The position numbers were made by a program, and so were the translations under genes. From the NCBI GenBank assembly GCA_026770705.1, contig JANJGN010000012.1:101432001-101496000 (forward strand): a stretch of 64,000 bases of DNA, given 5' to 3'. This document shows positions 38,780-52,293 of this stretch, in pieces. The notes beneath the pieces are model-generated. The model ran no database searches and was not told where the DNA came from. It was given only the letters and a program-made list of their open reading frames with translations. Position 1 is the stretch's first letter. Each line of letters begins with the position of its first letter. The DNA is from Isurus oxyrinchus (Eukaryota).

Positions 38780-40150
38780 TTACATTTTTATAACACTACC
38801 ACTATAGCTAGGTGCAGTCCCAACATCTGCAGCTGAGGTAGAAGCAGCCTGCTGACTGTAATGCCTTGTTGACTGAGATGACTTTGGTAGGTGTCTTCTG
38901 GTGGCCTGAGGCTTTGAGAGCCCCAGCCTGCTAAGGGTCTCCTGCTCAAATACAGGTGCACCCTCCTCAGCCTGACCTGCTGGAGTTGATGGGGTCACTG
39001 GCAGAGGCGATGTGGAGCAGCAGGGCACCCTTGGGTGGATGCCCCAGAGGTGCCTGGCTGGTGCTTCTCCTCACTGTTGGGAACCCGAGATCCCCTCCCT
39101 GGCTCCTTGAGAAGAAGGGGCACCTGGACGCCCAGCAGTCCTCTGAGTGCTAGGGACCAAAGATGCCACTGCCTCCACCTGCTGTGGACCTCTGCCTATG
39201 AGGCAATCACTGGATTGTGAACCCGAGCCTGCTGTGGAACTAGGATCCACTGAGGCGAACACAGTGACAGTGCTTCCTCTGAGGGTATGGAGGCTTCCTT
39301 TTCAGGAGTGGTCTGGGACTGGGTCTGTGGTGTCTCACGGATGATGTCCTCCCCTTTTTCTTGCTGATACCTGGGATGGAGAAAAGAAAGAAATAGTGAT
39401 TGACTAAGCAGGCTCATACATTAAAGATCACTCAGTCAATGCCCTCACATTGTGGACAGAGACTGGTTGTATCCTCACTGGGTTGTTGGGGGAGGCCAAT
39501 CTTGCCTTCTGTGCAGGCACAGTCATGCTCCTCTCCTGTTAGCCCTGCGGCCTGTTGCTCAAAGGTACCCCAGCAACAAATTTCCAGGGTACCACTTCCT
39601 GTCTTTGCCCATTCTCTTTTGTTATGGACTATCTTGCCCTGCAGAAAGACAGATGGATTGATCGTGAGGCCATTGGGTGAATGAGCATTTCAGAAGCATG
39701 GATGCCTATTGTAGCTGCCGATCCCTCCTCAGTAAGTGATTAAGAAGCCATTTGTCTGGAATCTAATATTAGACAGAGGTCTTAAAGTGGCTAGCAGACT
39801 GATGTCCCATCTGCTGGTCATGTGTGACATCTCTGTGCATTCTAACCCTTAGACTGCCTGATGCCCTTATGAGAATGTGATTTGCAGTGAGAAGACATTA
39901 CAATTACCCTGGCAGAGTGCAACAGGTCATTCATCTTTTTCCTGCACTGCAAGGCCAGTCCTTTTTTGGGCCCAGGAGCGCTAAACACCCTGACGACTTC
40001 TTCCCAGGCCACCGTGGTCAGGTGGGAGGGCCTTCTGCTACCATCCCTCGGAAACAGAGCCTTCCACCTTCCCTGGACGACCTGGAGGACAGTGAGCCGC
40101 TGAACCGTGGGGCTGTAGGTTACATTCGTCTCTTTGATATTTGGAGATTC
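38780..40150 (-). pseudogene. Harbinger Myb/SANT-like accessory gene, spliced, disrupted
   Basis: AWEEV..QCRKKMNDLLHSAR|GT; CAG|GKIVHNKREWAKTGSG; third exon from ~39370. Confidence 0.85.
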
Positions 40151-41149
40151 AGAGCTCCTGGCCTGCAGTGAGTGAATGAGTGCCCGGTTTCCATTTAAAT
40201 ATGGCAGCAAGAACTTTGACTGACTCCATGCGACTTCCTGCCTGCCCCACCACACAAGTCGCTGAGATGCTTGCGGATGCATAAATAATGAGCTGAATAG
40301 TGGAAGATTGCGTGTGTTCAGCCGTCCGCCACCCACTCGGAATCACGCCAAATTTCTTGCCCGCCACTGGACTTAGACTTCAGGATGGAAGATTCTGTCC
40401 ATTTTCTTCTGCTGCTCGAGAATTACCCTCTTCACTAACAGCCCCAAAGTTCAGCACCTGCATGCAGCTGAGCAGAGCCTGGAGCTTCCTGCACCTTCCA
40501 ATGGGGACTAGACACTGCTGTCTTTGTATCTACCAGCTCTTCTTGCTGACATATTATATGTAAGATGCCATGTGAGAACCCAATTACCTGTTTTCCTGGT
40601 CCCACTGAGTTGTGTGTATCTCAGCTGATGGACGAAGTCTGCATGTACTCTGTTATAGTACATCCTCAGAGTGAGTGGCCTCTGAAGGGTCTTCGTCCTT
40701 CTCCTGCACCAACTCCTCTGGGATGCTTGAAGAGACTCTAGGAGATGAAAGTTGTAATTTAAAGCTGTCGAGGTAAGAGATATTAAGTCATCATTGTGCA
40801 CATGATGGTTTTTCACTGTTTGCGCAACATGAAGTCAACGTGAAATCGTGTTGCATGCCATTTGACTGTGTGATTCTTGATTCTGTCACTAGATGACTGG
40901 GAAACCCTCATCTCTCCCTCTCCAATGGCCAGGCCATGCGAAATTCAGCTTACCTTCAACGCCTCCTCCCGTGCAGTTATCAGTATGGAGATGGCTGGAG
41001 TTCTGGTTCTCTGCCTCTCCCTGGGGGCTCTGTTCTCTCTTCTCCAGCAAAGTGAAACACAAAGCAATCATATACTCAAAAAGTGTAATATAGGAGTCAT
41101 AAGACTTGTCAGCAATAAGTTATGTACCATGCACACATGGAATATTAAC

Positions 41150-42033
41150 TCTTGATGATTCCAAACCAGTATCTCTGTCACTTAAAGCTTTATCCATCCC
41201 CCTATCCTCCAAGCTAATATTTTCTGGATCTTACCTTTCGTGGATGCTTACCAACCTGTTAATATGCCCTGTGGGTCAGGAACAGACTATGATCCCTTCA
41301 AAAACTGCCTTCGTAGATATTGAAAAAAAGCTATCCTTGATTTGTCCATCCTCCTTCAACTACCGACCAATTTTAAACCTTCTTTTGCTGTCCAAGGTCT
41401 GGTCATATATTATCGCCCATCCACATACTCATTTTCTCTTGTTTCAATCCCCTCAGTCCAGTTTCAGCTCTGTTCATAGCAGAAAACACCCTGGTCAAAA
41501 TCATTAAAAATTTACCAAGATCTTACCTTTATCTATGTATTTGTGAACTCTAGAGTTGACTTTTCCATCACTCTCCCTGCTAACCTTCACAAACTTCAAA
41601 TTCCAAATTATCCAAAACTCCACCATCAAATCGTGTCCCACACTCAATTCTCCTCACCACCATCCCCCAAACTCACTGCATTGGGCTCTACTTCCTCCCA
41701 ATAGTTCAAATTTAAAAGCTCCAACTTCAAATCACTTCATGGCTTCACCCACTTTATTACTGCAGCTTTTTGCAGCCTCCCGTTCCTTTTCAGCTCTTCA
41801 ACCTCCCTGCTTCTGATACACCTAGTGTGGCAGAGCCTTCAGAGAGTCCAGCCCAAGTTTTAGGAATACATCTTTAACCTCCCTCCTCAAAACACACCTC
41901 TTCAGCATAACTCTGGGCTACCTTCCCTAACCCTTCTGCAAATGCTCAGCACCTGCTCTTTTCCTTCTGTGAAGAACTTTGAAAGCTTTCTCGACATTAA
42001 AATGAGTTATTATAACTGCAAGTTGTTCTTGTT
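41150..42033 (+). mobile_element. Old L2-like LINE fragment
   Basis: NYRPILNLLLLSK, QSSF, SLHW; 3' end ...GCAAGTTGTTCTTGTTG. Confidence 0.65.
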
Positions 42034-42484
42034 GAGCAGATAATAGCCTCAAGCAACAAGCTCCCACAGGTGCTCATGAGTGCTTTGTTTTGTACCTTGG
42101 GTAAAGGAACTGGACTTAATGGTGCACTAGATGGATTGTTTCCAATATAACTGAAAGCTCCGACTTACTCTGTTGTTTGTTTTAAACCTGCTAATTTACT
42201 GTGTGATGGGGATTTAAAACACTAAACTTCCCCAAAATTTCTTGTTTCCTGATGTGGGTTATACGTTGAACATGTATCCTGTTCAAAAAAATACTTTTTT
42301 TGAATAAATTTACTTCATAATTAAACAATGATTCAATTAAACATATTTCCTGAAGATGAAATCAAGTTCTAATTTAATATTCTATCTAGTCATACAGTTT
42401 AATTTATATTAAAAAAATCAAATTCTTTTCAGGTTTTATCTGTACAAATTCCTTTCTGATCAAGTCAAATTTGCATTTTCCATC

Positions 42485-42848
42485 TTTTTATTCATTCATG
42501 GGATGTGGACATCTTTGGCAAGGCCAGCATTTATTGCCCATCCCTAATTGCTCTTGGTCAGAGGGCATTTAAGAGTCAACCACGTTGCTGTGGATCTGGA
42601 GTCACTTTTAGGCCAGACCAGGTAAGGACAGCAGATTTCTTTCCCTAAAGGGCATTAGTGAACTGTGTGGGTTTTTATAACAATTGACAATGGTTTCATT
42701 GTCATCATTAAATTTTATATTCCAGATCTTTATTGAATTCAAATGCCACCATCTGCTGTGGCAGGATTTGAACCCAGGTCCCCAGAGAATTACCCTGAGT
42801 CTCTGGATTACTAATTCAGCAACAATACCACTATGCCATCACCTTCCC
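42485..42848 (-). mobile_element. Full-length tRNA-derived SINE with LINE-derived tail
   Basis: A box TGGCATAGTGG, B box GGTTCAAATCC; tail ...CACATCCCATGAATGAATAAAAA shared with the LINE end at 45706. Confidence 0.9.
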
Positions 42849-45705
42849 TAATCTGTGTTTATTCTGACAAAAGGTTCTTTAACACAAATATAAATATTAA
42901 GGGTCATAGGAGCAAGACATACTTCTTGCAGCAGGAACATGCCTTCAACATTTATATTCAACTGAGGAAGACTCTTGATCACTGTTTCATGTATAAGGAC
43001 AACCGTGTTTTTCAATGTCTCAGTGACAGGCTTTATTGAACTAGCCAGAAATGGCAGCCTCATGGCAGACTCACATGACTATGTAAAGCCAGATGTTTCA
43101 ATCAGACTGGTTACATTTCAAAACACAAACACTCCCCTTTTTCATATTGAACAAACAATACAAACATCCCCCTTTTCCTAGTGAACAAAAATCACATTTG
43201 CATGCATGATCCTACGTGACTGTGAGTTATCCAAGTTACCCACTATACACCCACTGTTCTCATGCATTAACAACTGTTTGTTCCACTAGTCAGTCTCTGC
43301 ACATGCATTGCACACAATCTTTAAACTGTGCAGGTCTCTCAATGGAATGTGTGCACGTTGACATTGGCTGTTCTTCTGGGTGATATTCCCTGACTGGAGG
43401 ATGTCATTCCATGGCCCTTGTTACCTGGGTGACTGTTGTTCCTGCATTGCAGTTGTGGACTCAACCAGTGAGATCCCTGCTCACTGACCGCCCAATTGCT
43501 GTGAAGGAACAGCTTCTTTGGTTGTTTAGATATGCCTGCATAGCATCTTTATATTTGGTCATTAACTTCATCATGTACAATCAAGATGACAATTTCTCGA
43601 CACATTGCCAAGTTACCACACGGGCTGACTCCTGTTGAGAGCATTGAAGGTTTGCACACTGACTGGCTTTCCAATGCTTAGCTCTGGCAATGGTTTGTCA
43701 GTCCTGCCAAAATGAAATTTAGCTTTCTCTCATTTCACCTTGATCTTTTCACTCACAGCTGTTACTACTTCTGGTTTCAGTTGCTTTTTTGCTATTGGAA
43801 GAGTGGGTGTGACATGCCATTAGACTTTGGACTGGGCTACTTTCCAAGCCTTAAGCTGATGTGTTTCTCCACTCAAGGATTACCTTGTGTACATCTGTGC
43901 TAGATTTGCTCAATTTCTTGACGAGTCCTTTGGCCATTTTCACGGCCATCTCAGTCTTTCCATTTGACTGGGGATAGTGTGGAGATGATGTGTAGTGCTG
44001 AATTTCCCAATCCTTTGTGAATCAGCTGAACTCTTCACTTGTGAACTAAGGATCATTGTCACTTATCACAATGTCAAGAATACTGTACAAACTGAAGTGC
44101 GTTTTCAGGCATCCTACTATTTCTCCTGTGGTCATTGAAGTCAGCTGATCTAACTTGCAGTAGTCAGAATAGTAATCTACTGTAATCTACAGTAACAAGA
44201 TAATCAGTTCCTGACAAAGTGAGAGAGGTATGCTCCCAGCTTCATCCATGGTCCATCTGGGATATCATGTGCCATCAGCAGCTCTCTTGCTTTTTTAGCT
44301 TGGTACTCGTTGCATGCACCGCGCTGGCCAATGTGATCTTTAATTGCATTGCTCATGTTTGACCAGTAAAGCACATCTCTTGCCTTTCTCAGAGTGATTC
44401 AATTCCTTGATTTATTGCATGGATACACTTCAGCATCTCCCCTCTCACTCCTTAGGGATAATGCCTCTATTTCCTTTGCACAAGGTGCCATCTTGGGCTG
44501 TCAATTCATCTTGGTACGCCCAACATGCTGTTGTGACCACAGGTGTATCCTTGATGCTCTAAGGCCATCCTTTCATCACTACATCTTGTAGAGTTGCATC
44601 CTGCTGGGTAGTTCGCTTGCAACTCTTCTGTCAGATTCAATGGCTCTGCTAGTTTGCTGAATTCCAGACCATGCGGAGCTGCTGCTTCACATTGAATCTG
44701 GAAGATGTAGCATTCTGTTGTAGCCTCCTCAGCTTTCATCATGGTGAGCGTTGCTCTCAACAGCATACTGTGATGTACACCTGTTTTCCTTGCTTGTATG
44801 TCATGTCCGGATGGCTTCTTTGTAAATTAAGTCACATGTTTGCAGTCACTTTGGGGCCGATTTGCAAATAATGCCTTGAAGGGGCTTATGGTTGCACTGC
44901 ACTGATACTTTACCTCTCCCAAGCAGGTACTGATGAAAGCACTCAGAAGCAAAAACAAGAGCCAGACACTCTTTCTCAATCTGAGTGTAGCTTCATCCCA
45001 TTTCCGTTAGCAGCCTGGGTGCAAATGTGATGTGTTGCCCTTGCTGCATCAAAGTTGTTCCCAGACCAGTCCCTGGGTCATAGTGCGAGGTGACTTCATC
45101 ATTGACACCATAATATTTCAGCATTGGCTTGTTGTCATTAGTTGTTTGATTTTATTGTGCACCATTTCTTGTTCTGCTCCCCAATACCACAGCACATCCT
45201 TGGCATATTACCTTGTGTAATGGTTCACAATCCGACTACAAATTAGGCAAAAATTTAGCTATGTAGTTCACGAATCCAACAAATCATTGCACTGCTTTCA
45301 TATCCGTTGATTGCTGCATTGTTCCTACAGCTGTCACCTTGTCAGGATCCAGACGAAGACCTTTTGCTGTCAGTACACAACTTATGCACTTAGCTTCAGG
45401 CATCTTCAGTTGCAATTTGTTCTTGTGCAGCTTTAGATTCACCTGGCAAGCTCTCTCCAGCAGTTGTATTAAATTCTGATCATGGTCTTCTGTAGCTTCT
45501 TGCATTGTGTCTTCACATCCATAGACCAATAGGTCATCCACTATGGCATCCACTCCAGGGAAATAACTGACTACTCATGTTGACTGTGGTGATATTCTTC
45601 TGGAGCCATAGAAATGCCAAATGGCATGTACAACCATCTGTATCTCCCGAATGGCATCCAGAAAGCTTTCATCCAGCCTCATTTGCCAGGAACCATCTTT
45701 CACAT

Positions 45706-48700
45706 TTTTTTTTTTATTCATTCATGGGATGTGGATGTCATTGGCTAGGCCAGCAATTATTGCCCATCCCTAATTGTCCTTGAGAAGCTGGTAGTGAGCT
45801 GCCTTTTTGAACTGCTGCAGTCCATGTGGTGTAGCTACACCCACAGTGCCATTAGGGAGGGAGTTCCAGGATTTTGACCTAGAAACATTGAAGAAATGGT
45901 GACATATTTCCAAGTCAGGATAGTGACTGGCTTGGAGGGGAACTTTCAGGTGTGGTGGTCCCATGTATCTGCTGCTCTTGTCCTTCTAGATGGTAGTGGT
46001 CGTGGGTTTGGGAGGTGCCGTCTAAGGAGCCTTGGTGAGTTGCTGCGATGCATCTTGTAGATGGTACACACGGTGCCACTGTGCATCGATGGTGGAGGGA
46101 GTGAATGTTTGTGGATGGGGTGCCAATCAAGCAGATTGCTTTGTCCTGGATAGTGTCAAGCTTCTTGAGTATTGTTGGAGCTACACTCATCCAGGCAAAT
46201 GGAAACATAGAAACATGAAAAAATAGAAGCAGGACCCTTCAAGCCTGCTCCGACATTCAACATGATCATAGCTGATCCTCTATCTCAGTACCATACTGCA
46301 GCTCTCTCCCCATATGCCTTGGTGCCTTTAGAGTCTAGAAAACTTTATATATCCTTCTTAAGTATACTCAGTGACTAGGCCTCCACGACCTTCTGTGGTA
46401 GAAAATTCCACAAGTTCACCACCCTCTGAGTGGAGACATTTCTCCTCACCACAGTCCTAAAGGGACTACCCCATATCCTAAGAATATGATTCCTTGTTAA
46501 GTGATTGGTGTACAAGAACACCCAGATCCCTTTGCACATCAGCATTTCCCAATCTATCACCATTTAAATAGTACTCTGCCATTCTGCTTTTCCTACCGAA
46601 GTGGATAACTTCACACTTATCCACATTATCCACATTATACTGCATTTGCCATGTATTTGCCCACTCAGCCAACTTGTCTAAATCACCTTGAAGCCTCTAA
46701 ACAACATCCTCACCACTCACGTTCCCACCTAGCTGTGTGTCGTCAGCAAATTTGGAAATATTACATTTGGTTCCCTCATCAAAATCATTAATATATGCTA
46801 TGAATAGATGGGGCCCAAGCACCGATCCCTGTAGTACCCGATTAGTCACCACCTGCCATTCCAAAAAAGACCCATTTATTCCTAATCATCTCTTTCATGT
46901 TTGCTAACCAATTTTCAAACAATAACAATATATTACCCCTAATCCCATATGCTTTAAATCTGCATGCTAACCTCCTATGTGGGACTTTATCAAAAGCTTT
47001 CTGAAAATATAAATACACCACATCTACTGGTTTTCCCTTATTTATTCTGTTAGTTACACCCCAAAAAACTGGGGTGGGTTTGTGAAACATGATTTCCCTT
47101 TCATGAATCCATTAGACTTTGTCTAATCCTTTTAATATTTTCTAACTGTCCTGTTATCACATCCTTTATAATAGACCCTAGTATTTTCCCTACTACTGAT
47201 TTTAGGCTAACTGCTCTGTAATTCCCTGTTTTTTACCCTCCCTCCTTTTTTAAATAGTGGAGTTACATTTCCCACCCTCCAATCCGCTGGGACTGTTCCA
47301 GAATCTACAGAATTTTGGACAATGATGACCAATGCATCCATTATTTCCATAGCCGCCTCCTTTAATACCCTGGGATATAGATTATCAGCCCCTGGGGATT
47401 TATCGAATTTCAGTTCCATTAATTTCTCCAGCACTGTTTTTTTCAATAAGACTAATTTCCTTAAATTACTCCCCACTAGACCTTTGGTTTCCTAGTATTT
47501 CTGGGAAGCTATTTGTGTCTTGCTCCACGAAGACACAACTAAAGTAGTTGTTTAATTGCTCTGCCATATCCTTGTTCTTTATTATAAATTCTCCTGTTTC
47601 AGACTGTAAGGGACCAACATTTGTCTTCACTAATCTTTTTCTTTTTACATACTTATAGAAGCTTTTATGTTCCTTGCAAGTTTACTCTCATATTCTATTT
47701 TTCCTCTCTTAATGTATCTCTTGTTCCTCCTTTGCTGAATTCTAAACTTTTCTCAATCCTCAGGCTTGCTACTTTTTCTAGTAACTTTATATGATTCCTC
47801 TTTCGAACTAATACTATCCTTAATTTCCTTTGTTAGCCAAAGGTTGGGCTACTTTTCCTGTTGTGTTTTTGCGCCAGAAAGGAATATATAACTGATGCAA
47901 AGCATATATTTGTTTCTTAAATATCTACCATCATGCCTTTTAATGAAGTTCCCCAATCTACCTTAGCCAACTCACACCTCATACCTTGGCAGTTTCCTTT
48001 GATTAGATTTAGTAACCTAGTTTCGGATTGGACTGCTTCACTTTCCAACTTAAAGAAGAATTCTATCATGGTTACTGTTCCTAAAGGACCCTGCACAACA
48101 AAATTATTAATTGACCCCTTCTCATTGCACAAAAACAAATCTAGGATAGCCTACTTCCAAGTTGGTTCCCCGAAGTACTGGTCTAAAAACCATCTTGTAC
48201 ACACTCCAAGACTTCATCTGCCACAGTATTATTGTAAATTTGGTTTGCCCAGTCTATATGTAGGTTAAAGTTACCCATGATTACTGTAGCACTCTTGTTA
48301 CATGCATTGCTAATTTCCTGGTTAATATTGTCCCTTACCTTACCACTATGTTTGGAAGCCTATATACAACTTCCACTAATGTTTCCCATCCACTGTTGTT
48401 TCTTAGCTCCAACCAAACTGATTCTACATTTTGATTCTCCGAACCAATATCCTCTCTCACTATTGCATTTCATCCTTAACTAACAACGCAACACGACCTC
48501 CTTTTCCTTTTTGCCTGTCCTTCCTAAATATCGAATACCCTTGGATAGTCAGTTCCCAGCCTTGGTCACCCTGCAGCCATGTCTCTGTAATTGCAATCAT
48601 ATCGTACCCGTCTACATCTATTTGCACTGTTAATTTGTCTACCCAATGCTCCATGGTACAGTGCCTTTAAACTTATCTTTTCACTCATTTTATTGTACTA

Positions 48701-51277
48701 TGGCCCTATTTGCTGCTAGCCCTCATTTCCTCTGCCTTCCACTTTTGCTTTTTAGTTTTCTGTCTTTCATTTCTATATTTGTTGCCCTCTCTTGTGTCTC
48801 CCTGCTCAGGTTCCCATCCCCCTGCCACTCTAGTTTAAACCCCACCCCCCCACCTCCACCACAGTACTAGCGAACATCCCTGCAAGGGTATTGGTTGCCG
48901 TCCTGCAGGGGTGCAATGCATCCAGCTTGTACAGCTCCCATCTCCCCCAGAATCGGTCTCAATGTGTCAGGAATCTAAATCCCTCCCTCCTACACCATCT
49001 CTCCAGCCATGCATTCATCTGGCCTATTCTCCTATTCCTGACCTCACTACCATGTGCACTGGGAGCAATCCTGAGATTACTATCTTTGAGCTCCTGCTTT
49101 TTAATTTATTTCCTAGCTCCCTATATTCTGCTTGCAGGACCTCATCCTTTTTACCTATGCCATTGGCACTGATATGGCCCACAACTTTAGACTGCTCACC
49201 CTCCCCTTCAGAATGTCCTGCAGTCGTTCAGTGACATCCTTGACCCGAGCCCAAGGGAGGCAACATACTATCTTAGTGTCACTTCTGTGGCCGTAGAAAT
49301 GACTACCCATTCCCCTTATGATAGAAACCCCTATCACTATTGCTCTCCCACTCTTCCCATCACCCCCCCTCCTGCCCCCCCTGTGCAGCTGAGCCACTTG
49401 TGGTGCCACAGACTTGGCTCTCACTGTATTTCCCCTGAGAAGCCATCTCCCCCAGCAGTATCCAAAATGGAAAATATGCTCGAGAGGAAGATGGACCAAG
49501 GGGGCTCCTGCAGTACCTGCCTAGTGCCTTTACTCTGTCAGGTGGTCATATGTCCCTTTTCTGCCTGTGCTCTCTTTACCCACAGTGTGCCCACCTCATT
49601 ATACATGCTAGCCATGAAGATCTCAGCCCTGCGGATGCTCCACAGTAACTCCAGCCACTGCTCCAATTCCAAAACACAGATTTTAAGTAGCTGCAGCTGG
49701 AGACACTTCCTGCACATGTGGTCACCATGGACACTGGTTTCCCACATCACACAGGAGGAGCATTCCATGTGATTGAGCTGTCCTATCATGACTTACCCTT
49801 AAATTACTCCCTTTATTTTTTCTTCCTCTAGTTTAGTGAATATTAAAGACAGTAGAAATACTCACCAACTCCTACTTACGAAGGCCACTGCTCTTCTTTC
49901 TGAGGAAAAGTAGAAAATGAAAGGATCCTCTCCTTCCCTCTTCACTGAACTCCCTCACTCTCCAAACTCCAACTGAAACACCCAAATGCTGCCCAAAGCA
50001 ACACTCCAGTGCAGACAAAAGCAGCACAGTAGATGCCATGCTTCTACTTGTCTAATCTAGCTTCTGGAATCCTGTTTAAGCCAGTTAACTAATTAACTAG
50101 CTGCAAGCAGAGCCTGAATGAACCCTGTTTTAAAGCTGGACAAAAACTCACCTTCTCCCAACACAAAGAGCAACTTTTAGTTAATTGCATAATTAAAGAA
50201 AGACTAGACTGCAGATAGAAATTAACCCTTAAAACTCCCTCACTCAGCAAACTCCAACTGAAGCACTCAAATGCAGCCCAAAGCAGCACCCCAGTGCAAG
50301 ATTCTTCAATAAAACTTCTGACTTGTGCCTTGTAGATGGTGGACAGGCTTTGTGGAGTCAGGACATGAGTTACTTGTTGCAGGATTCCTATCCTCTGGTC
50401 TGCTCTTGTAGTCACAGTATTTATATGGTTAGTCCAGTCAGTTTCTGGTCAATGATAACCCCCAGGGTGTTGATAGTGGGGGATTCAGCGATGGTAATGC
50501 CATTGAATGTCAAGGGGCAATGGTTAAATTGTCTCTCTGTTAGAGATGGTCATTGCCTGGCACTCGTGTGATGAAATCTTATTAGCCATTTGTCAGCCTC
50601 AGCTGGATATTGTCCAGGTCTTGCTGCATTGGACACTGACTGTTTCAGTATCTGACGAGCCATGAATGGTGCTGAACATGATGTAATCATCAGCGAACAT
50701 CCCCACTTCTGACCTTATGATGGAAAGAAGGTCATTAATGAAGCAGCTGAAGATGTTTGGGCCGAGGACACTACATTGAGGAACTCCTGCAGTCATGTCC
50801 TGGAGCTGAGATGATTGACCTTCAACAACCATAACCATCTTCTTTTGTGCTAGTTATGACTACAACTAGTGGAGAGATTTCCCCCTGATTCCCATGGACT
50901 CCAATTTGCTGGGGCTCCTTGATGCCACACTTGGTCAAATGCTGTCTTGATATCAAGGGCAGTGACTCTCATTTCACGTCTGGAGTTCAGCCCTTTTGTC
51001 CATGCTTGGACCAGGGCTGTAATGAGGTCAGGAGCTCTGTGGCCCTGATGGACCCCAAATTAAGTGTCAGTCAGCAGGTTATTGCTAAGCAAGTGTTGCT
51101 TGATAGCATTGTTGATGGTCCTTTCCATCACTTTACTGATGATCGAAAGTAGGCCGATAATTGGCCAGGGTTGGATTTGTCCTGCTTTTTGTGTATTGGA
51201 CATAACTGGGCAATATTCCAAGTTGCCAAATAGATGCTAGTGTTGTAGCTGTACGGGAATAGCTTGGCTATAAGCTT
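45706..51277 (-). mobile_element. CR1-group (Zenon-like) LINE, 5'-truncated, split by a CR1
   Basis: GVPQCSVLGP, MFADD, IYKAQVRS, LDTIQDKA..SLHHR; A-rich tail at 45706. Confidence 0.8.
46205..50300 (-). mobile_element. Near full-length degenerate CR1
   Basis: ORF1 CSSC..CRKC zinc finger + esterase (48830-49789); ORF2 AITETW, FQKAFDKVPH, KFADD; duplicated segment in 5' UTR. Confidence 0.9.
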
Positions 51278-52293
51278 GGCATGGCATCTAGTATGGTGAA
51301 TATCTTTGCCTTGGCAAGTTGCAGTAAAATTGCTTCGATGGTTGGCATGGGGTAGTGAGATCCCTTCAGTGCTTTATTTTGATCTTATGGGCCTAAGCAT
51401 AGTCACAGCTTTCTAGGCTGCTTCACTGCTACCATGCTGCTAATTCAGTTGTAGGAGTTGTCACTTTCTTGATTACTCCCCTCTTTTCCAGCTCTTCTAT
51501 CTTGTCTTTCAGGTTTGACTTGAGGGCAGCTGGAACTCTTCTCGGCAGATGCTGAATTGGTCTTACACTTCATCTACTTCTTGATGATATTCTTCTGTTA
51601 GATATCCCGACCCTGTAAACACACCTTTGTGTTCCTCTAGGATCTGTTCTGTCATCAATGGTTTTGTATGCTGTGATCACATTGTGAATCACTGTTGGCA
51701 CGTTCAAGGTTACCAGTCCAAGCTTTAGACTTGATTCAGCTGAAATGAGTGTCCATTATGTCCCATGAATGTTCTGAAATTGCAGATCTTCCTTCTTGCC
51801 ATTGAATTGCTAGACTAATTTGCCCCCTCAGTATGAATATCAATGCCATTGTATAGCCTCAATCTTACTTTTGACGGTTGCATTTTTGGGTTACCGTGTT
51901 AAGCCACTTCACACAGATCTGTGAAGGTCATTATGTTGCAAGATGCACCAGTGTCTATCTGATGCTTCTTGTTTGCCTGATCCTCTCTCTCTGCGGTCAT
52001 CATGGTATCAATCACAAACCACTTGTCATCTATGGACTTGACTGAGCCAACCTGTTGTATGGTATATAGTTCTTCATCAGACGCGTCTGCTGATATATCT
52101 CCTGTTGCCATTGCATAGGCTTGTTTTGCTTTTTTCTAAACAGACACTTGTGTGCGAAATGATTCTGCGTCTTGCAGTTTCCCTCTGGATTGGTGGACAA
52201 TCCTTCTTTCTCTATGCATGCTGCCCTCCATAGTATTCACATATTGTACTGTGTCTGTGAATGCTCCGCTCTTTCAGCTTTGATTGTCTCTCA

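Larger units (their letters stand above)
32871..40400. mobile_element. Full-length degenerate PIF/Harbinger transposon
   Basis: TIRs GAGCAGAATCTTCCA / TGGAAGATTCTGTCC; perfect TSD ATT; convergent transposase and Myb/SANT genes. Confidence 0.92.
32054..41060. mobile_element. Outer, deleted Harbinger element (transposase C-terminus on +, Myb/SANT gene relics on -), split by an inner Harbinger
   Basis: LQYAPD..IVCC.LHN-like motif and acidic tail at 32300-32620; minus-strand RERQRT..EEALK|GTAAG exon at ~40950-41045; sequence reads through (EQQKKMWEEL) when 32871-40400 is removed; right end not located. Confidence 0.65.

Noticed and set aside
42050-42240. Additional pseudo-exon (ELDLMVH resembling DVDFNLRVH)
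   Set aside because: Similarity is too weak and splice sites are unclear; it cannot be supported without a search.
42760-42848. tRNA gene
   Set aside because: A and B boxes are present but belong to a SINE head continuing into body and tail; the same applies to 54497-54570.
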